Shown piece by piece: positions 27,101 through 42,100 of a stretch of 64,000 nucleotides of DNA (positions within the stretch are counted from its first letter, which is position 1; each line of letters opens with the position of its first letter). A model generated the notes under the pieces. That model made no database searches. It was not told the origin of the DNA and saw nothing but the letters and a program-made list of their open reading frames with translations. Position numbers and translations under genes: made by a program. The stretch lies in NCBI GenBank assembly GCA_032718475.1, contig JAUCBJ010005854.1, forward strand, positions 21,117-85,116, given 5' to 3'. The DNA comes from Nemertoderma westbladi. Taxonomy: Eukaryota > Animalia > Xenacoelomorpha.

Positions 27101-30100
27101 ACAGTGACCTAAACTGAAAGTGTCCATTCTAATACGGACAGTGACCTAAACTGAAAGTGTCCATTCTAATACAGACAGTGACCTAAACGGAAAAAGTGTC
27201 CATTCTAATACGGACAGTGACCTAAACTGAAAGTTTCCATTCTAATACAGACAGTGACCTAAACTGAAAGTTTCCATTCTAATACAGACAGTGACCTAAA
27301 CGGAAAAAGTGTCCATCATGCTTTATACAGACAGTGACCTAAACTGAAAGTGTCCATTCTAATACGGACAGTGACCTAAACTGAAAGTGTCCATTCTAAT
27401 ACAGACAGTGACCTAAACGGAAAAAGTGTCCATGCTAATACGGACAGTGACCTAAACGGAAAGTGTCCATTCTAATACGGACAGTGACCTAAACGGAAAA
27501 AGTGTCCATTCTAATACGGACAGTGACCTAAACTGAAAGTGTCCATTCTAATACAGACAGTGACCTAAACGGAAAAAGTGTCCATGCTAATACGGACAGT
27601 GACCTAAACGGAAAGTGTCCATTCTAATACGGACAGTGACCTAAACGGAAAAAGTGTCCATTCTAATACGGACAGTGACCTAAACGGAAAAAGTGTCCAT
27701 TCTAATACGGACAGTGACCTAAACTGAAAGTTTCCATTCTAATACAGACAGTGACCTAAACGGAAAAAGTGTCCATCATGCTTTATACAGACAGTGACCT
27801 AAACGGAAAAAGTGTCCATTCTAATACAGACAGTGACCTAAACGGAAAAAGTGTCCATTCTAATACGGACAGTGACCTAAACTGAAAGTGTCCATTCTAA
27901 TACGGACAGTGACCTAAACGGAAAGTGTCCATTCTAATACGGACAGTGACCTAAACGGAAAAAGTGTCCATTCTAATACGGACAGTGACCTAAACTGAAA
28001 GTTTCCATTCTAATACAGACAGTGACCTAAACGGAAAAAGTGTCCATCATGCTTTATACAGACAGTGACCTAAACTGAAAGTGTCCATTCTAATACGGAC
28101 AGTGACCTAAACTGAAAGTGTCCATTCTAATACAGACAGTGACCTAAACGGAAAAAGTGTCCATGCTAATACAGACAGTGACCTAAACGGAAAAAGTGTC
28201 CATTCTAATACAGACAGTGACCTAAACTGAAAGTGTCCATTCTAATACGGACAGTGACCTAAACGGAAAAAGTGTCCATCATGCTTTATACAGACAGTGA
28301 CCTAAACTGAAAGTGTCCATTCTAATACGGACAGTGACCTAAACTGAAAGTGTCCATTCTAATACAGACAGTGACCTAAACGGAAAAAGTGTCCATCATG
28401 CTTTATACAGACAGTGACCTAAACTGAAAGTGTCCATTCTAATACGGACAGTGACCTAAACGGAAAAAGTGTCCATTCTAATACGGACAGTGACCTAAAC
28501 TGAAAGTTTCCATTCTAATACAGACAGTGACCTAAACGGAAAAAGTGTCCATCATGCTTTATACAGACAGTGACCTAAACGGAAAAAGTGTCCATTCTAA
28601 TACAGACAGTGACCTAAACGGAAAAAGTGTCCATTCTAATACGGACAGTGACCTAAACTGAAAGTGTCCATTCTAATACGGACAGTGACCTAAACGGAAA
28701 GTGTCCATTCTAATACGGACAGTGACCTAAACGGAAAAAGTGTCCATTCTAATACGGACAGTGACCTAAACTGAAAGTTTCCATTCTAATACAGACAGTG
28801 ACCTAAACGGAAAAAGTGTCCATCATGCTTTATACAGACAGTGACCTAAACTGAAAGTGTCCATTCTAATACGGACAGTGACCTAAACTGAAAGTGTCCA
28901 TTCTAATACAGACAGTGACCTAAACGGAAAAAGTGTCCATGCTAATACAGACAGTGACCTAAACGGAAAAAGTGTCCATTCTAATACAGACAGTGACCTA
29001 AACTGAAAGTGTCCATTCTAATACGGACAGTGACCTAAACGGAAAAAGTGTCCATCATGCTTTATACGGACAGTGACCTAAACGGAAAAAGTGTCCATTC
29101 TAATACGGACAGTGACCTAAACTGAAAGTTTCCATTCTAATACAGACAGTGACCTAAACGGAAAAAGTGTCCATCATGCTTTATACGGACAGTGACCTAA
29201 ACGGAAAAAGTGTCCATTCTAATACAGACAGTGACCTAAACGGAAAAAGTGTCCATTCTAATACGGACAGTGACCTAAACTGAAAGTGTCCATTCTAATA
29301 CGGACAGTGACCTAAACGGAAAAAGTGTCCATTCTAATACAGACAGTGACCTAAACGGAAAAAGTGTCCATTCTAATACAGACAGTGACCTAAACGGAAA
29401 AAGTGTCCATCATGCTTTATACAGACAGTGACCTAAACTGAAAGTGTCCATTCTAATACGGACAGTGACCTAAACGGAAAAAGTGTCCATTCTAATACAG
29501 ACAGTGACCTAAACGGAAAAAGTGTCCATCATGCTTTATACAGACAGTGACCTAAACTGAAAGTGTCCATTCTAATACGGACAGTGACCTAAACTGAAAG
29601 TGTCCATTCTAATACGGATAGTGACCTAAACGGAAAGTGTCCATTCTAATACGGATAGTGACCTAAACGGAAAAAGTGTCCATTCTAATACGGACAGTTA
29701 CCTAAATATATATATATAATATATATCTTGAACATGAAAACAAAAAACTAGTGTCCATATGCTTAAAATATGAACGCAGTGACCTGACATAAAAAAAAGG
29801 TCCAGTATCAAAAAGGACAGTGCCCTGCGCATACCATGTGCCCCGGTCTGTGTAGCAGGTTACTGGTATACTCACTTGTGCCCGGTCTGTGTTTTGGGCA
29901 TTATCACTTGTTATAACGGTAATCACATAAACATCTTTGGTTTCGCGATCGAACGTTCGAGCGGTTTTAACCACGCCGGTTCTGTCGACACTGAAGTACG
30001 AACCATCCCCGTCTGGACCATCCTGTAAAATAAACGACCATTAATGAAAGTAACATTCCGTTCGCCGGCCGTATCAGAGTTAAATTTAAATAGAACAAAA

Positions 30101-33100
30101 GTAGAATTTATATATCAAAATATAAAAGACGGAAAACCTGATGAATTCTGTACTGGAAATCAGCGTTCGGGCCGTAATCCCTATCCTGTGCCCGAACTGT
30201 CACAACGTGGGAGCCAATAGGGACGTTCTCTGGGATCGTCTGCGAATAGGCGTCATCAGTTGTATCCAAAACGAACAGTGGAACCTGTAAGGAAAATGAA
30301 TAAAGATATATTTAAAAAAAGGAGTCTAACAGATATTTATAAGAATACCTACTATTACCGAATTAAATCCGAGTTTAATAATCTCTATAAGTGGAACTAT
30401 TCATAGGAAACCGCAAAGAAGTGGACAAACTAAACCAGCGGGAAATAAAGTAATAAATATCCCTCTGTGAAATTAACTTTATTTAATATGAACACTAGGC
30501 TGAGTGGTAAATTAGATATATTTCAATAATAAATGATTATTAATGAATAGAGTATTTTAATTGAAAATTATTTACTCGAAATCGGCCGTAGGCGACCCAA
30601 TGGTTGTTGAGCGAGTTTAGCTAACCTGGTTATTCGCGTCCTGAATGATCACCTCAACTTCACCGTATGTTATTGCCCCGGCTCCGTCCAGGGATGTGTC
30701 TTCTATCGATAGACGCAGTTTTACAGTTACGGACGCCACTTGGGAGGGGAACATGGTTGACGCTTCTTTTCTCAATTGCAATTCGACGCAATTCCTTTGC
30801 TCCAAGTTCGGCAACAATCGGAAATTAGTCTGAAAGCGAAAGTGAAATAAAGTATACTGATTACTTGGGATATGGGCATAATGGGATACATGAAAAACAG
30901 CAAGAGATCAATCAGTCTCATGAGTTTGGATTACTGAACAAAGTAACTTAATTACTAAAACGCCTACAAAAAAACATCGCCTTTAATAAAACGACACACT
31001 TACATCCAGTGAGTCATCGGCATCCGATCTTAGAAGTAAACTGAATTTGATAGTTCCATCGCCTTCAGAAGGTCTGGCGCAGATGTTAGCAATAGGTTTA
31101 TCCACCTGAAACAATTACAGAACCAATGACAGTACTCAGTGAGTGTAACAGTGTGTGATAGAATAACAATGAGGGTAACGGAATGTAACAGTTTCAGTTT
31201 GTGTAACACTGCGAAGTATGAGTAACTGCGTATAAAATGTATAACATCGTCTATAGTGACGTCATAACGAAAAATCTCATTACTTACATCCTGTGTTTCG
31301 CTTATTTGGTATTGCTGAGCCAAACTGGTAGTGAATATTGGGGGTTGGTAAACCGATTCCACCATCGTCATTGTTACATCACGGGACAACGATTTGGGGG
31401 GACTCCCGTTGTCAGACGCTCGAACCCTGGGGGGGAGGGCATCAACACAATATAATATACCAACTACGACCGACAGGCGGTGTTTTAGATTGACTGACAC
31501 ATTATAATGATATTATATTTTCCAAACATATTCCATTTTCTGCTTTGCTATCAAATTATTGTGAGGCGAGCCACGAAAGTAAGCGGGTTTAGAATACGGC
31601 TACGGCTGACTCAACCTCGCGTCTGTCTGTCGGTCGGTCTGTATGTCTAATCTTTGATAGCTCATATTCTCAAGGAATTCTCCGCATTCATAAAATAAAA
31701 GACAGTATATCTGATCTATGAAAAAGTTTAGAAAGTGTACATTCAGAAAAGACCCGGTCCCAACTAACTAGTGTTTGTCTAATGTCGGGATCGGGACCGG
31801 GATTGCATTAATTGCCGGGATCCCCTTTTTTCGGGATCAGGAACCCGTTTAAACACCGGCCCCAACCCGTTTAAACACTGTAGAGTTTTACGGCCCCAGA
31901 CGGCTAGACCCTATAGGGAGACAAGCTATGGAAAAAAGGTGATATTAAAAAAGATTTTGTGCAATATCTCGAGAATCTTAAATCAATTCAGTATAGCAGA
32001 TAAATCTTAAAGATTTAAATGACATTCTAAAATGCACCTTTTTTTTGTAGTTAGGCCTTTTTTACATTTGAGGCTTTGCCCATACACGGTGGCGACATTT
32101 CGTTATCCCAGGTAGTTTGCATTAAGGGGAGAATCGCATAACCAACAATTTTAGATTTTCAATAATTTCTGCAATTTATTAGGCACAACAATGTGATTTC
32201 TTGGAAAAATATTTATCATAGATTGAAAAAAACAAAAATTTTGGAAAAATAATTTTTTTTCAAAAATGCAAAAAATTTTCAAAATGCAAAGGGTCAGAAG
32301 GAATTCATGTTAGAGTCCCAAAATTTTGTATTAAGAACCAGCATTTGGTTAACCTAAAAATTGTATTGAGCGAATTTTAATATCTCACCCCAATGTTTTC
32401 TTATATTTTGTACCGCAAAATTTGAAAAATATATAAAATGGGTAAAAAAAAATTTCGCCTGTGACTATCAACTTCATGTTAAAATTTTAAAATTTTGTCA
32501 ATACAATACCAATATGAGGTATATACTCTAGAAGGTGTGTTCCAAATTACAGCTTAATTTGATCATTTTTGGCCTTTAGTTTTTTCATTCAAAAAAGTGA
32601 TTCCTCAGAAAATGGACTTAAAGATTTTAATTCGAATATTTTGGAATTATTTCTAGAAAAATAAAGCAAAAATTTAATTTTTTTAATGTTGTACTCCTTA
32701 TGCTCAAATCTAAAAAAACATGGCTTCAACATCGTATCCACTCACTTAAAAAAATAACACATTTGAATTTATTAATGATTAATATTAATGATTATATTAA
32801 AAATGTTCATAATATCAGCAATTATTATAAGTAAAAAGGTGTATACATGGACTTTTAGACATTATTAATTATTATGAATCTAAACTCCAGATATTTAGCT
32901 GTGTACTGTAGTACTCGTAGCCCAACTAGACCTAAACGACGAAGTTCACCCCACCTTAATCCCAGACTCATTGACATAGGGTATATTTTAGTCGACCAAG
33001 CGGTTTTATTACAATAAAATCTGAGCACACTGTCTGTGTTTCAAGCGAGTATGGGGTGGAACTGTCTGTGTATCGTGGCGATATTTACCTGAGTGTGTAA

Positions 33101-36100
33101 GTTCTTCCTTGAGGGATTTCGTTCAAATTCCTAGACGCCGATAAAGCGCCGTTAGAGCTCATGGAGAAATATTGCTTGACTTCATTATTGCTTTCGCCTA
33201 TATCGAATCTTATATCATTGGAAGTACTTATGTCGTTGTCCGTGGCAACAAACTGAAACAAATTGGTTCGTGTCAGTAATGGTTACAGTGTAATGCAGCT
33301 CACCAAACATACTGTAATGTTAGTACATCAGCCACACTCCAATGTTAGTACATCAGCCACACTCCAATGTTAGTACATCAGCCACACTCCAATGTTAGTA
33401 CATCAGCCACACTCCAATGTTAGTACATCAAACACACTCCAATGTTAGTAAATCAACCACACTCCAATGTTAGTACATCAACCACACTCCAATGTTAGTA
33501 CATCAAACACACTCCAATGTTAGTAAATCAACCACACTCCAATGTTAGTACATCAACCACACTCCAATGTTAGTACAACAGCCACACTCCAATGTTAGTA
33601 CATCAGCCACACTCCAATGTTAGTACATCAGCCACACTCCAACGTTAGTACATCAGCCACACTCCAATGTTAGTACATCAAACACACTCCAATGTTAGTA
33701 CATCAGCCACACTCCAATGTTAGTACATCAGCCACACTCCAATGTTAGTACATCAGCCACACTCCAATGTTAGTACATCAAACACACTCCAATGTTAGTA
33801 AATCAACCACACTCCAATGTTAGTACATCAACCACACTCCAATGTTAGTACATCAAACACACTCCAATGTTAGTACATCAGCCACACTCCAATGTTAGTA
33901 CATCAACCACACTCCAATGTTAGTAAATCAACCACACTCCAATGTTAGTACATCAGCCACACTCCAATGTTAGTACATCAGCCACACTCCAATGTTAGTA
34001 CATCAAACACACTCCAATGTTAGTAAATCAACCACACTCCAATGTTAGTACATCAACCACACTCCAATGTTAGTACATCAAACACACTCCAATGTTAGTA
34101 CATCAACCACACTCCAATGTTAGTAAATCAACCACACTCCAATGTTAGTGCATCAACCACACTCCAATGTTAGTAAATCAACCACACTCCAATGTTAGTA
34201 CATCAACCACACTCCAATGTTAGTACATCAACCACACTCCCATGTTAGTACATCAGCCACACTCCAATGTTAGTACATCAAACACACTCCAATGTTAGTA
34301 CATCAACCACACTCCAATGTTAGTAAATCAACCACACTCCAATGTTAGTACATCAACCACACTCCAATGTTAGTACATCAACCACACTCCAATGTTAGTA
34401 CATCAACCACACTCCAATGTTAGTACATCAGCCACACTCCAATGTTAGTACATCAAACACACTCCAATGTTAGTACATCAAACACACTCCAATGTTAGTA
34501 CATCAACCACACTCCAATGTTAGTACATCAGCCACACTCCAATGTTAGTACATCAAACACACTCCAATGTTAGTACATCAACCACACTCCAATGTTAGTA
34601 CATCAACCACACTCCAATGTTAGTACATCAGCCACACTCCAATGTCAGTACATCAAACACACTCCAATGTTAGTACATCAACCACACTGCAATGTTAGTA
34701 AATCAACCACACTCCAATGTTAGTACATCAACCACACTCCATTGTTAGTACATCAACCACACTCCAATGTTAGTACATCAGCCACACTCCAATGTTAGTA
34801 CATCAAACACACTCCAATGTTAGTACATCAAACACACTCCAATGTTAGTACATCAACCACACTCCAATGTTAGTACATCAACCACACTCCAATGTTAGTA
34901 CATCAGCCACACTCCAATGTTAGTACATCAACCACACTCCAATGTTAATACATCAACCACACTCCAATGTTAGTACATCAAACACACTCCAATGTTAGTA
35001 CATCAACCACACTCCAATGTTAGTACATCAACCACACTCCAATGTTAGTACATCAACCACACTCCAATGTTAGTACATCAAACACACTCCAATGTTAGTA
35101 CATCAACCACACTCCAATGTTAGTACATCAACCATACTCCAATGTTAGTAAATCAACCACACTCCAATGTTAGTACATCAACCACACTCCAATGTTAGTA
35201 CATCAACCACACTCCAATGTTAGTACATCAGCCACACTCCAATGTTAGTACATCAAACACACTCCAATGTTAGTACATCAACCACACTCCAATGTTAGTA
35301 CATCAGCCACACTCCAATGTTAGTACATCAACCAAACTCCAATGTTAGTACATCAACCACACTCCAATGTTAGTACATCAAACACACTCCAATGTTAGTA
35401 CATCAACCACACTCCAATGTTAGTACATCAACCACACTCCAATGTTAGTAAATCAACCACACTCCAATGTTAGTACATCAACCACACTCCAATGTTAGTA
35501 CATCAACCACACTCCAATGTTAGTACATCAGCCACACTCCAATGTTAGTACATCAAACACACTCCAATGTTAGTACATCAACCACACTCCAATGTTAGTA
35601 CATCAACCACACTCCAATGTTAGTAAATCAAACACACTCCAATGTTAGTACATCAACCACACTCCAATGTTAGTAAATCAACTACACTCCAATGTTAGTA
35701 CATCAACCACACTCCAATGTTAGTAAATCAACCACACTCCAATGTTAGTACATCAACCACACTCCAATGTTAGTAAATCAACCACACTCCAATGTTAGTA
35801 CATCAACCACACTCCAATGTTAGTACATCAACCACACTCCAATGTTAGTAAATCAACCACACTCCAATGTTAGTAAATCAAACACACTCCAATGTTAGTA
35901 CATCAACCACACTCCAATGTTAGTAAATCAACCACACTCCAATGTTAGTACATCAACCACACTCCAATGTTAGTAAATCAACCACACTCCAATGTTAGTA
36001 CATTAACCACACTCCAATGTTAGTACATCAGCCACACTCCAATGTTAGTACATCAAACACACTCCAATGTTAGTACATCAACCACACTCCAATGTTAGTA

Positions 36101-39100
36101 CATCAACCACACTCCAATGTTAGTAAATCAACCACACTCCAATGTTAGTACATCAAACACACTCCAATGTTAGTAAATTACACACACTCCAATGTTAGTA
36201 AATCAAACACACTCCAATGTTAGTACATCTAATACACTCCAATGTTAGTTAGTACATCAACCACACTCCAATGTTAGTAAATCAACCACACTCCAATGTT
36301 AGTACATCAACCACACTCCAATGTTAGTAAATCAACCACACTCCAATGTTAGTAAATCAAACACACTCCAATGTTAGTAAATCAAACATACTCCAATGTT
36401 AGTACAACAACCACACTCCAATGTTAGTAAATCAAACACACACCAATGTTAGTAAATTACACACACTCCAATGTTAGTAAATCAAACACACTCCAATGTT
36501 AGTACATCTAATACACTCCAATGTTAGTTAGTACATCAACCACACTCCAATGTTAGTAAATCAACCACACTCCAATGTTAGTACATCAACCACACTCCAA
36601 TGTTAGTAAATCAACCACACTCCAATGTTAGTAAATCAAACACACTCCAATGTTAGTAAATCAAACATACTCCAATGTTAGTACAACAACCACACTCCAA
36701 TGTTAGTAAATCAAACACACACCAATGTTAGTAAATCAAACACACTCCAATGTTAGTACATCTAATACACTCCAATGTTAGTTAGTACATCAACCACACT
36801 CCAATGTTAGTAAATCAACCACACTCCAATGTTAGTACATCAACCACACTCCAATGTTAGTAAATCAACCACACTCCAATGTTAGTATATCAACCACACT
36901 CCAATGTTAGTACATCAACAACACTCCAATGTTAGTAAATTAAACACACTCCAATGTTAGTACATCAGCCACACTCCAATGTTAGTACATCAGCCACACT
37001 CCAATGTTAGTACATCAAACACACTCCAATGTTAGTACATCAGCCACACTCCAATGTTAGTACATCAAATACACTCCAATGTTAGTACATCAACCACACT
37101 CTAATGTTAGTACATCAACCACACTCCAATGTTAGTACATCAAATACACTACAATGTTAGTACATCAACCACACTCCAATGTTAGTACATCAACCACACC
37201 CCAATGTTAGTAAATTAAACACACTCCAATGTTAGTACATCAAATACACTCCAATGTTAGTACATCAACCACACTCCAATGTTAGTACATCAACCACACT
37301 CCAATGTTAGTACATCAACCACACTCCAATGTTAGTACTTAAACAAACCCCAATGTTAACACACCAATCACACTCAAATGGTAGTACATGAACAACACCC
37401 CAATGTTAACACACCAACCACACTCCAATGTTAGTACATGAACAACACCCCAATGTTGGCACACCAACCACACTCCAATGTTAGTACATGAACAACAAAC
37501 CAACCACACTCCAATGTTAGTACATGAACAACACCCCAATGTTGACACACCAACCACACTACAATGTTAGTACATGAACAACACACCAACCACACTCCAA
37601 TGTTAGTACATGAACAACACACCAACCACACTCCAATGTTAGTACATGAACAACACCCCAATGTTAACACACGAACCACACTCCAATGTTAGTACATTAA
37701 CCACGATAGCGGTTACACCAGTATATGGAACTAAAGGAACATTTAATACTTACATTGTAAATAGTACTGCCTTGGGAAATGGATCTGGGAACGTTGATAT
37801 TCGAAGGGAAGTTTACGAAGTTAGGGGCGTCATCATTTACATCCAACACATCAACCTGTTTAAAGATAAGCGATGATATTGCAAAAAAATGACTACTTCA
37901 TACGTTGATATTGAGTGATATTGAGTTATAGAAGACACATGTCCACTAACTCAATATATTGAGTTAGAAGACACATGCTCGCTAACTCAATATATTGAGT
38001 TAGAAGACACATGTCCGCTAACTCAATATATTGAGTTAGAAGACACATGTCCGCTAACTCAATATATTGAGTTAGAAGACACATGTCCGCTAACTCAATA
38101 TATTGAGTTAGAAGACACATGTCCGCTAACTCAATATATTGAGTTAGAAGACACATGTCCGCTAACTCAATATATTGAGTTAGAAGACACATGTCCGCTA
38201 ACTCAATATATTGAGTTAGAAGACACATGTCCGCTAACTCAATATATTGAGTTAGAAGACACATGTCCGCTAACTCAATATATTGAGTTAGAAGACACAT
38301 GTCCGCTAACTCAATATATTGAGTTAGAAGACACATGTCCGCTAACTCAATATATTGAGTTAGAAGACACATGTCCGCTAACTCAATATATTGAGTTAGA
38401 AGACACATGTCATCTAACTCAATATATTGAGTTAGAAGACACATGTCTGCTAACTCAATATATTGAGTTAGAAGACACATGTCCGCTAACTCAATATATT
38501 GAGTTAGAAGACACATGTCCGCTAACTCAATATATTGAGTTAGAAGACACATGTCCGCTAACTCAATATATTGAGTTAGAAGACACATGTCCGCTAACTC
38601 AATATATTGAGTTAGAAGACACATGTCCGCTAACTCAATATATTGAGTTAGAAGACACATGTCCGCTAACTCAATATATTGAGTTAGTGTGTTTTCTATC
38701 TCAGTATATTGAGTTAGCGGACATCTATACTAAGAAAAATACGAGGATTTCATGTCCTCAGAGGGGCTCCGTAACTTCAGCACTGCAGGAAATTTATGTA
38801 AAAAATAGATCGACCGACCGGTATAATAGTTAAATGCCAAATCGTTAACTCCAAATACAAATTGTGTGATTGTGTGATTTATGGTTGTAATTGTCCGGGT
38901 CAGAATTGTACAAACAATTAATAAACATACCTGAAGTGTACAGTAGGATTGCATTGGATTTTGGGTTGCTTTATCCTGGGCTAAGACGGTAAAAGTGTAG
39001 AAAGATTTGGTTTCCCGATCTAAAGTTCCACTTAATGTAATTACACCAGAGTCATCGACGGCAAATACAGAGTTGGAAGTGGAATCTTGGAGGATTGAGT

Positions 39101-42100
39101 ATTTCACCTGGATATAAGGAGAAACTTGGGGTACTACTACTAGTATCGGCATGCTGCATTGCAGCTGCATTTTTAAGAATGCTGTGCCGGCTTGTCGACA
39201 AAATTGCGCCGCCAGAACTCCCTATCACCCATGAGATTTGCTAGATCATCCGCATCTTCAAGGTCAGTGTCCTTTAAGATGCGTCTCAAGAAAGCCATGG
39301 GTTGTCCACCATGCTTATTCACTCCATGAGGCTGCCAAAGTACAAGATTATGCACTGGCTGGTCCTCACGGCGAAAGCAATGTCCTGCAAAGCGGAGGCG
39401 ATTTTGTTCTAGTGTCAAGCTTGGGGGAACCAATGTTATATAGTGTCTGGTTGGAGATGTGTGCATTGTACTTGACACAATGAACCCGGCGTAGCATTCT
39501 TGTGAATGTGCCATCCAGAGATTTGGTGTCCTCAGCAGTTAGAGCCCAGCATGGACTCCCATAGAGGAGTACTGGAACTACTGCTGCTCTAAATAATCGG
39601 ACCTTAAGTTTCCGATTAATTCTCGGTGACTTCCAAATCCTGGAAAGCCTATTAAAGGCTGCCCATGCCTTTCCCTTACGTATTCGAAGGTCCTCACCTG
39701 ACTTCCGGATCCATGATCCCAGGTAACAGAATTCATCCACATGCTCAAGCATACCATCTTTTGAGCTTATGCTCATCCGATCAGAGACTTGCTGAGAACT
39801 TTCAACGTTAACTGTCATAATTTTGGTCTTTCTGGAGTTAATAAAAAGACCAACACTATAGAAGCAGCATGTTCTAATGAGCTGAGGAGCCGTTAGGCTC
39901 CCTCTAGTGATTCTGAGAGTACTCCTAAGTCATCAGCAAAGTCTAGATCAGTTAGGTACTTGGCAGGATTTCCTCGACTTCTGGAGCCAGTAGGTGGAGT
40001 TATCATCACCCCATCATCATTATGATGATCTAAGGACATGCGTAGAACATAGTCAACCACAATTATGAACAAGAATGGTGCAAGTGTGTCTCCCTGGAGG
40101 ACGCCCCATAACACTTCAAATGGTTCAGTGTCACCATCAACAGTAGACACAAATGTTGTCGAACCATCGTATACTGATCTGATTGCTGCAATAATTTCAT
40201 CAGGAATCCCATATAATGAAAGTATGCTGAACATACGTGAGCGGGAGACTGAATCAAAGGCCTTGAAGAAGTCAACAAAGATAACAGCCAGATGCCTGTC
40301 GTTCTTTTTTGATAACTCTTCAATTATCCTTCTAAGTGCCAAAATGGGCTCCATGGTCCCACGACCTTTACGGAACCCATTCTGATTTCCACGGAGCAGT
40401 CTCTCAATGGGATCCCTGATGCGATTTAATAGAATTCTATTGTATAGCTTTGCAGCAATCGAGATCAATGAGATTCCCCGAAAAGAACCATAGAGTGTTA
40501 GGTTGCCCTTCTTGGGAACTGGCACCAACTTATTTGTTTTCATTTCTTGTGGGACTCTTGTTGTTCGGTACATGTCTACTATGATGGGATAGATGAGCTT
40601 TAAACACTCAGGTATTTTAAAGACCTCAGGGGGAACACCATCTACTCCACTGGCACGATTGGTCTTAATGCTCTTTGCAGCAGCCTTCACTTCTGCAAAG
40701 GCGATATCGCCAATGGGAATATCTGGGAGTACAGAGTCAGACACTTTTACTTCTATAAAGTTATCAGGCACTTGGGGTACAATGCTATTCCACTCTGCCA
40801 TATAGACATAACGGTAGGGAATATCAGCGTGTGGGGTTATTGTTAAGACAATGGGCGCTTAAAAATAAATTTTAAATTATTAAATTAAAAAAAATTAAAT
40901 TTAATTGGAGTGCTATTAATTAATGGTTATAGTGTTTGAGGCCAACGACTTACTTCACCATTTATGCCTATGTCGCTATCACGCGCGTTCACTTCGATTA
41001 ACCGGGTGCCTTGGGGTGCGTCCTCGCTTATCTCTATCGGTGCTGTCTGACACCTATCGAATATCGGTGGATGCATGTTCACTCTCAAAATATTCACGAT
41101 GAGTTCTGTCGTGCTGGAAAATTCTCCATCACTTGCCTAAACAGAAAATATAAAATATAACATATTTTTCCATAAATAAAAAGTTACGTATAATATAATA
41201 GTGGCCGGATAAAAAGTAATTTTGTTGTCAAAGCAACATAACATGATAATGTTTAACATGAGCGTTCATAAAAACTTATGTACTTAAATGTACTATGTAG
41301 CTGTAGCATTGAGGCCTAAAAACATGGGACCTCCTATCCTATATAGGTATAATAGGTCCCATTTAAGAGAGCGAATTTAGATTACCACGTAAGAAATTAG
41401 GTCCACAAATTATTCGTGTTTCATCATGGTTAATTTAGGTACAAATAGTATTTTGGGTAAGCTTTCATAGTATACAATACTAAATATAATAGAAATAAAC
41501 CATAAAAAATTTACAAATTACAAATTTAGTGTACAAAACACAGAATGGACCCCTGGCAAGGAACTCTAGTATGAATAGTCGAACCTGTATAGTGAGAGAG
41601 TAGGAATCCTCGGAGAACTGATCTCCGTTTACGCTGGTCGTAATTTGTCCGTTCGATGAACCGATATTAAATAGGTTGCTGCTCCCCGCCGTTATCGAGT
41701 ATCTGATGGTTGTCGTCCCGACGTTTTGGTCGCGATCGTACGCCGTCAACGTCCGGACCGGCGTCCCGGAACGGGCGCTCGAGTCGACGACAGCGCTGTA
41801 CGAGGCGAGGTCGAACTTCGGGGGTTCGTCGTTGGCGTCCTCTACGGTTATCTCGACAGAGGCGGTCCCCGTTCGTCTGGGGTTGCCGTGATCAATAGCC
41901 AAAACCTTGAAATAAACAATAAAATAAAATAATAACGTTAAAACTTATTATTATCTCGCTTTATTCCAAAAATTAATTCAAGGTAAAGCTAAAACTTTTG
42001 TCATTAAGTAATATTATATAGTATACCACTTCGCGTTTCTAAATTGCGTCACATTAATTCAAGGGCTAACACAACATGAAGGTAAGATTAGATTTAACCG

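Noticed and set aside
37926-38660. CRISPR-like 36-bp palindromic repeats and the 244-aa MCLLTQYIELAD ORF
   Set aside because: Units are directly adjacent with no unique spacers, no cas genes, eukaryotic intron; the ORF is just the repeat translation.
41676-41932. Plus-strand ORFs over a GC-rich segment
   Set aside because: Antisense shadows of cadherin exon 41585-41905.
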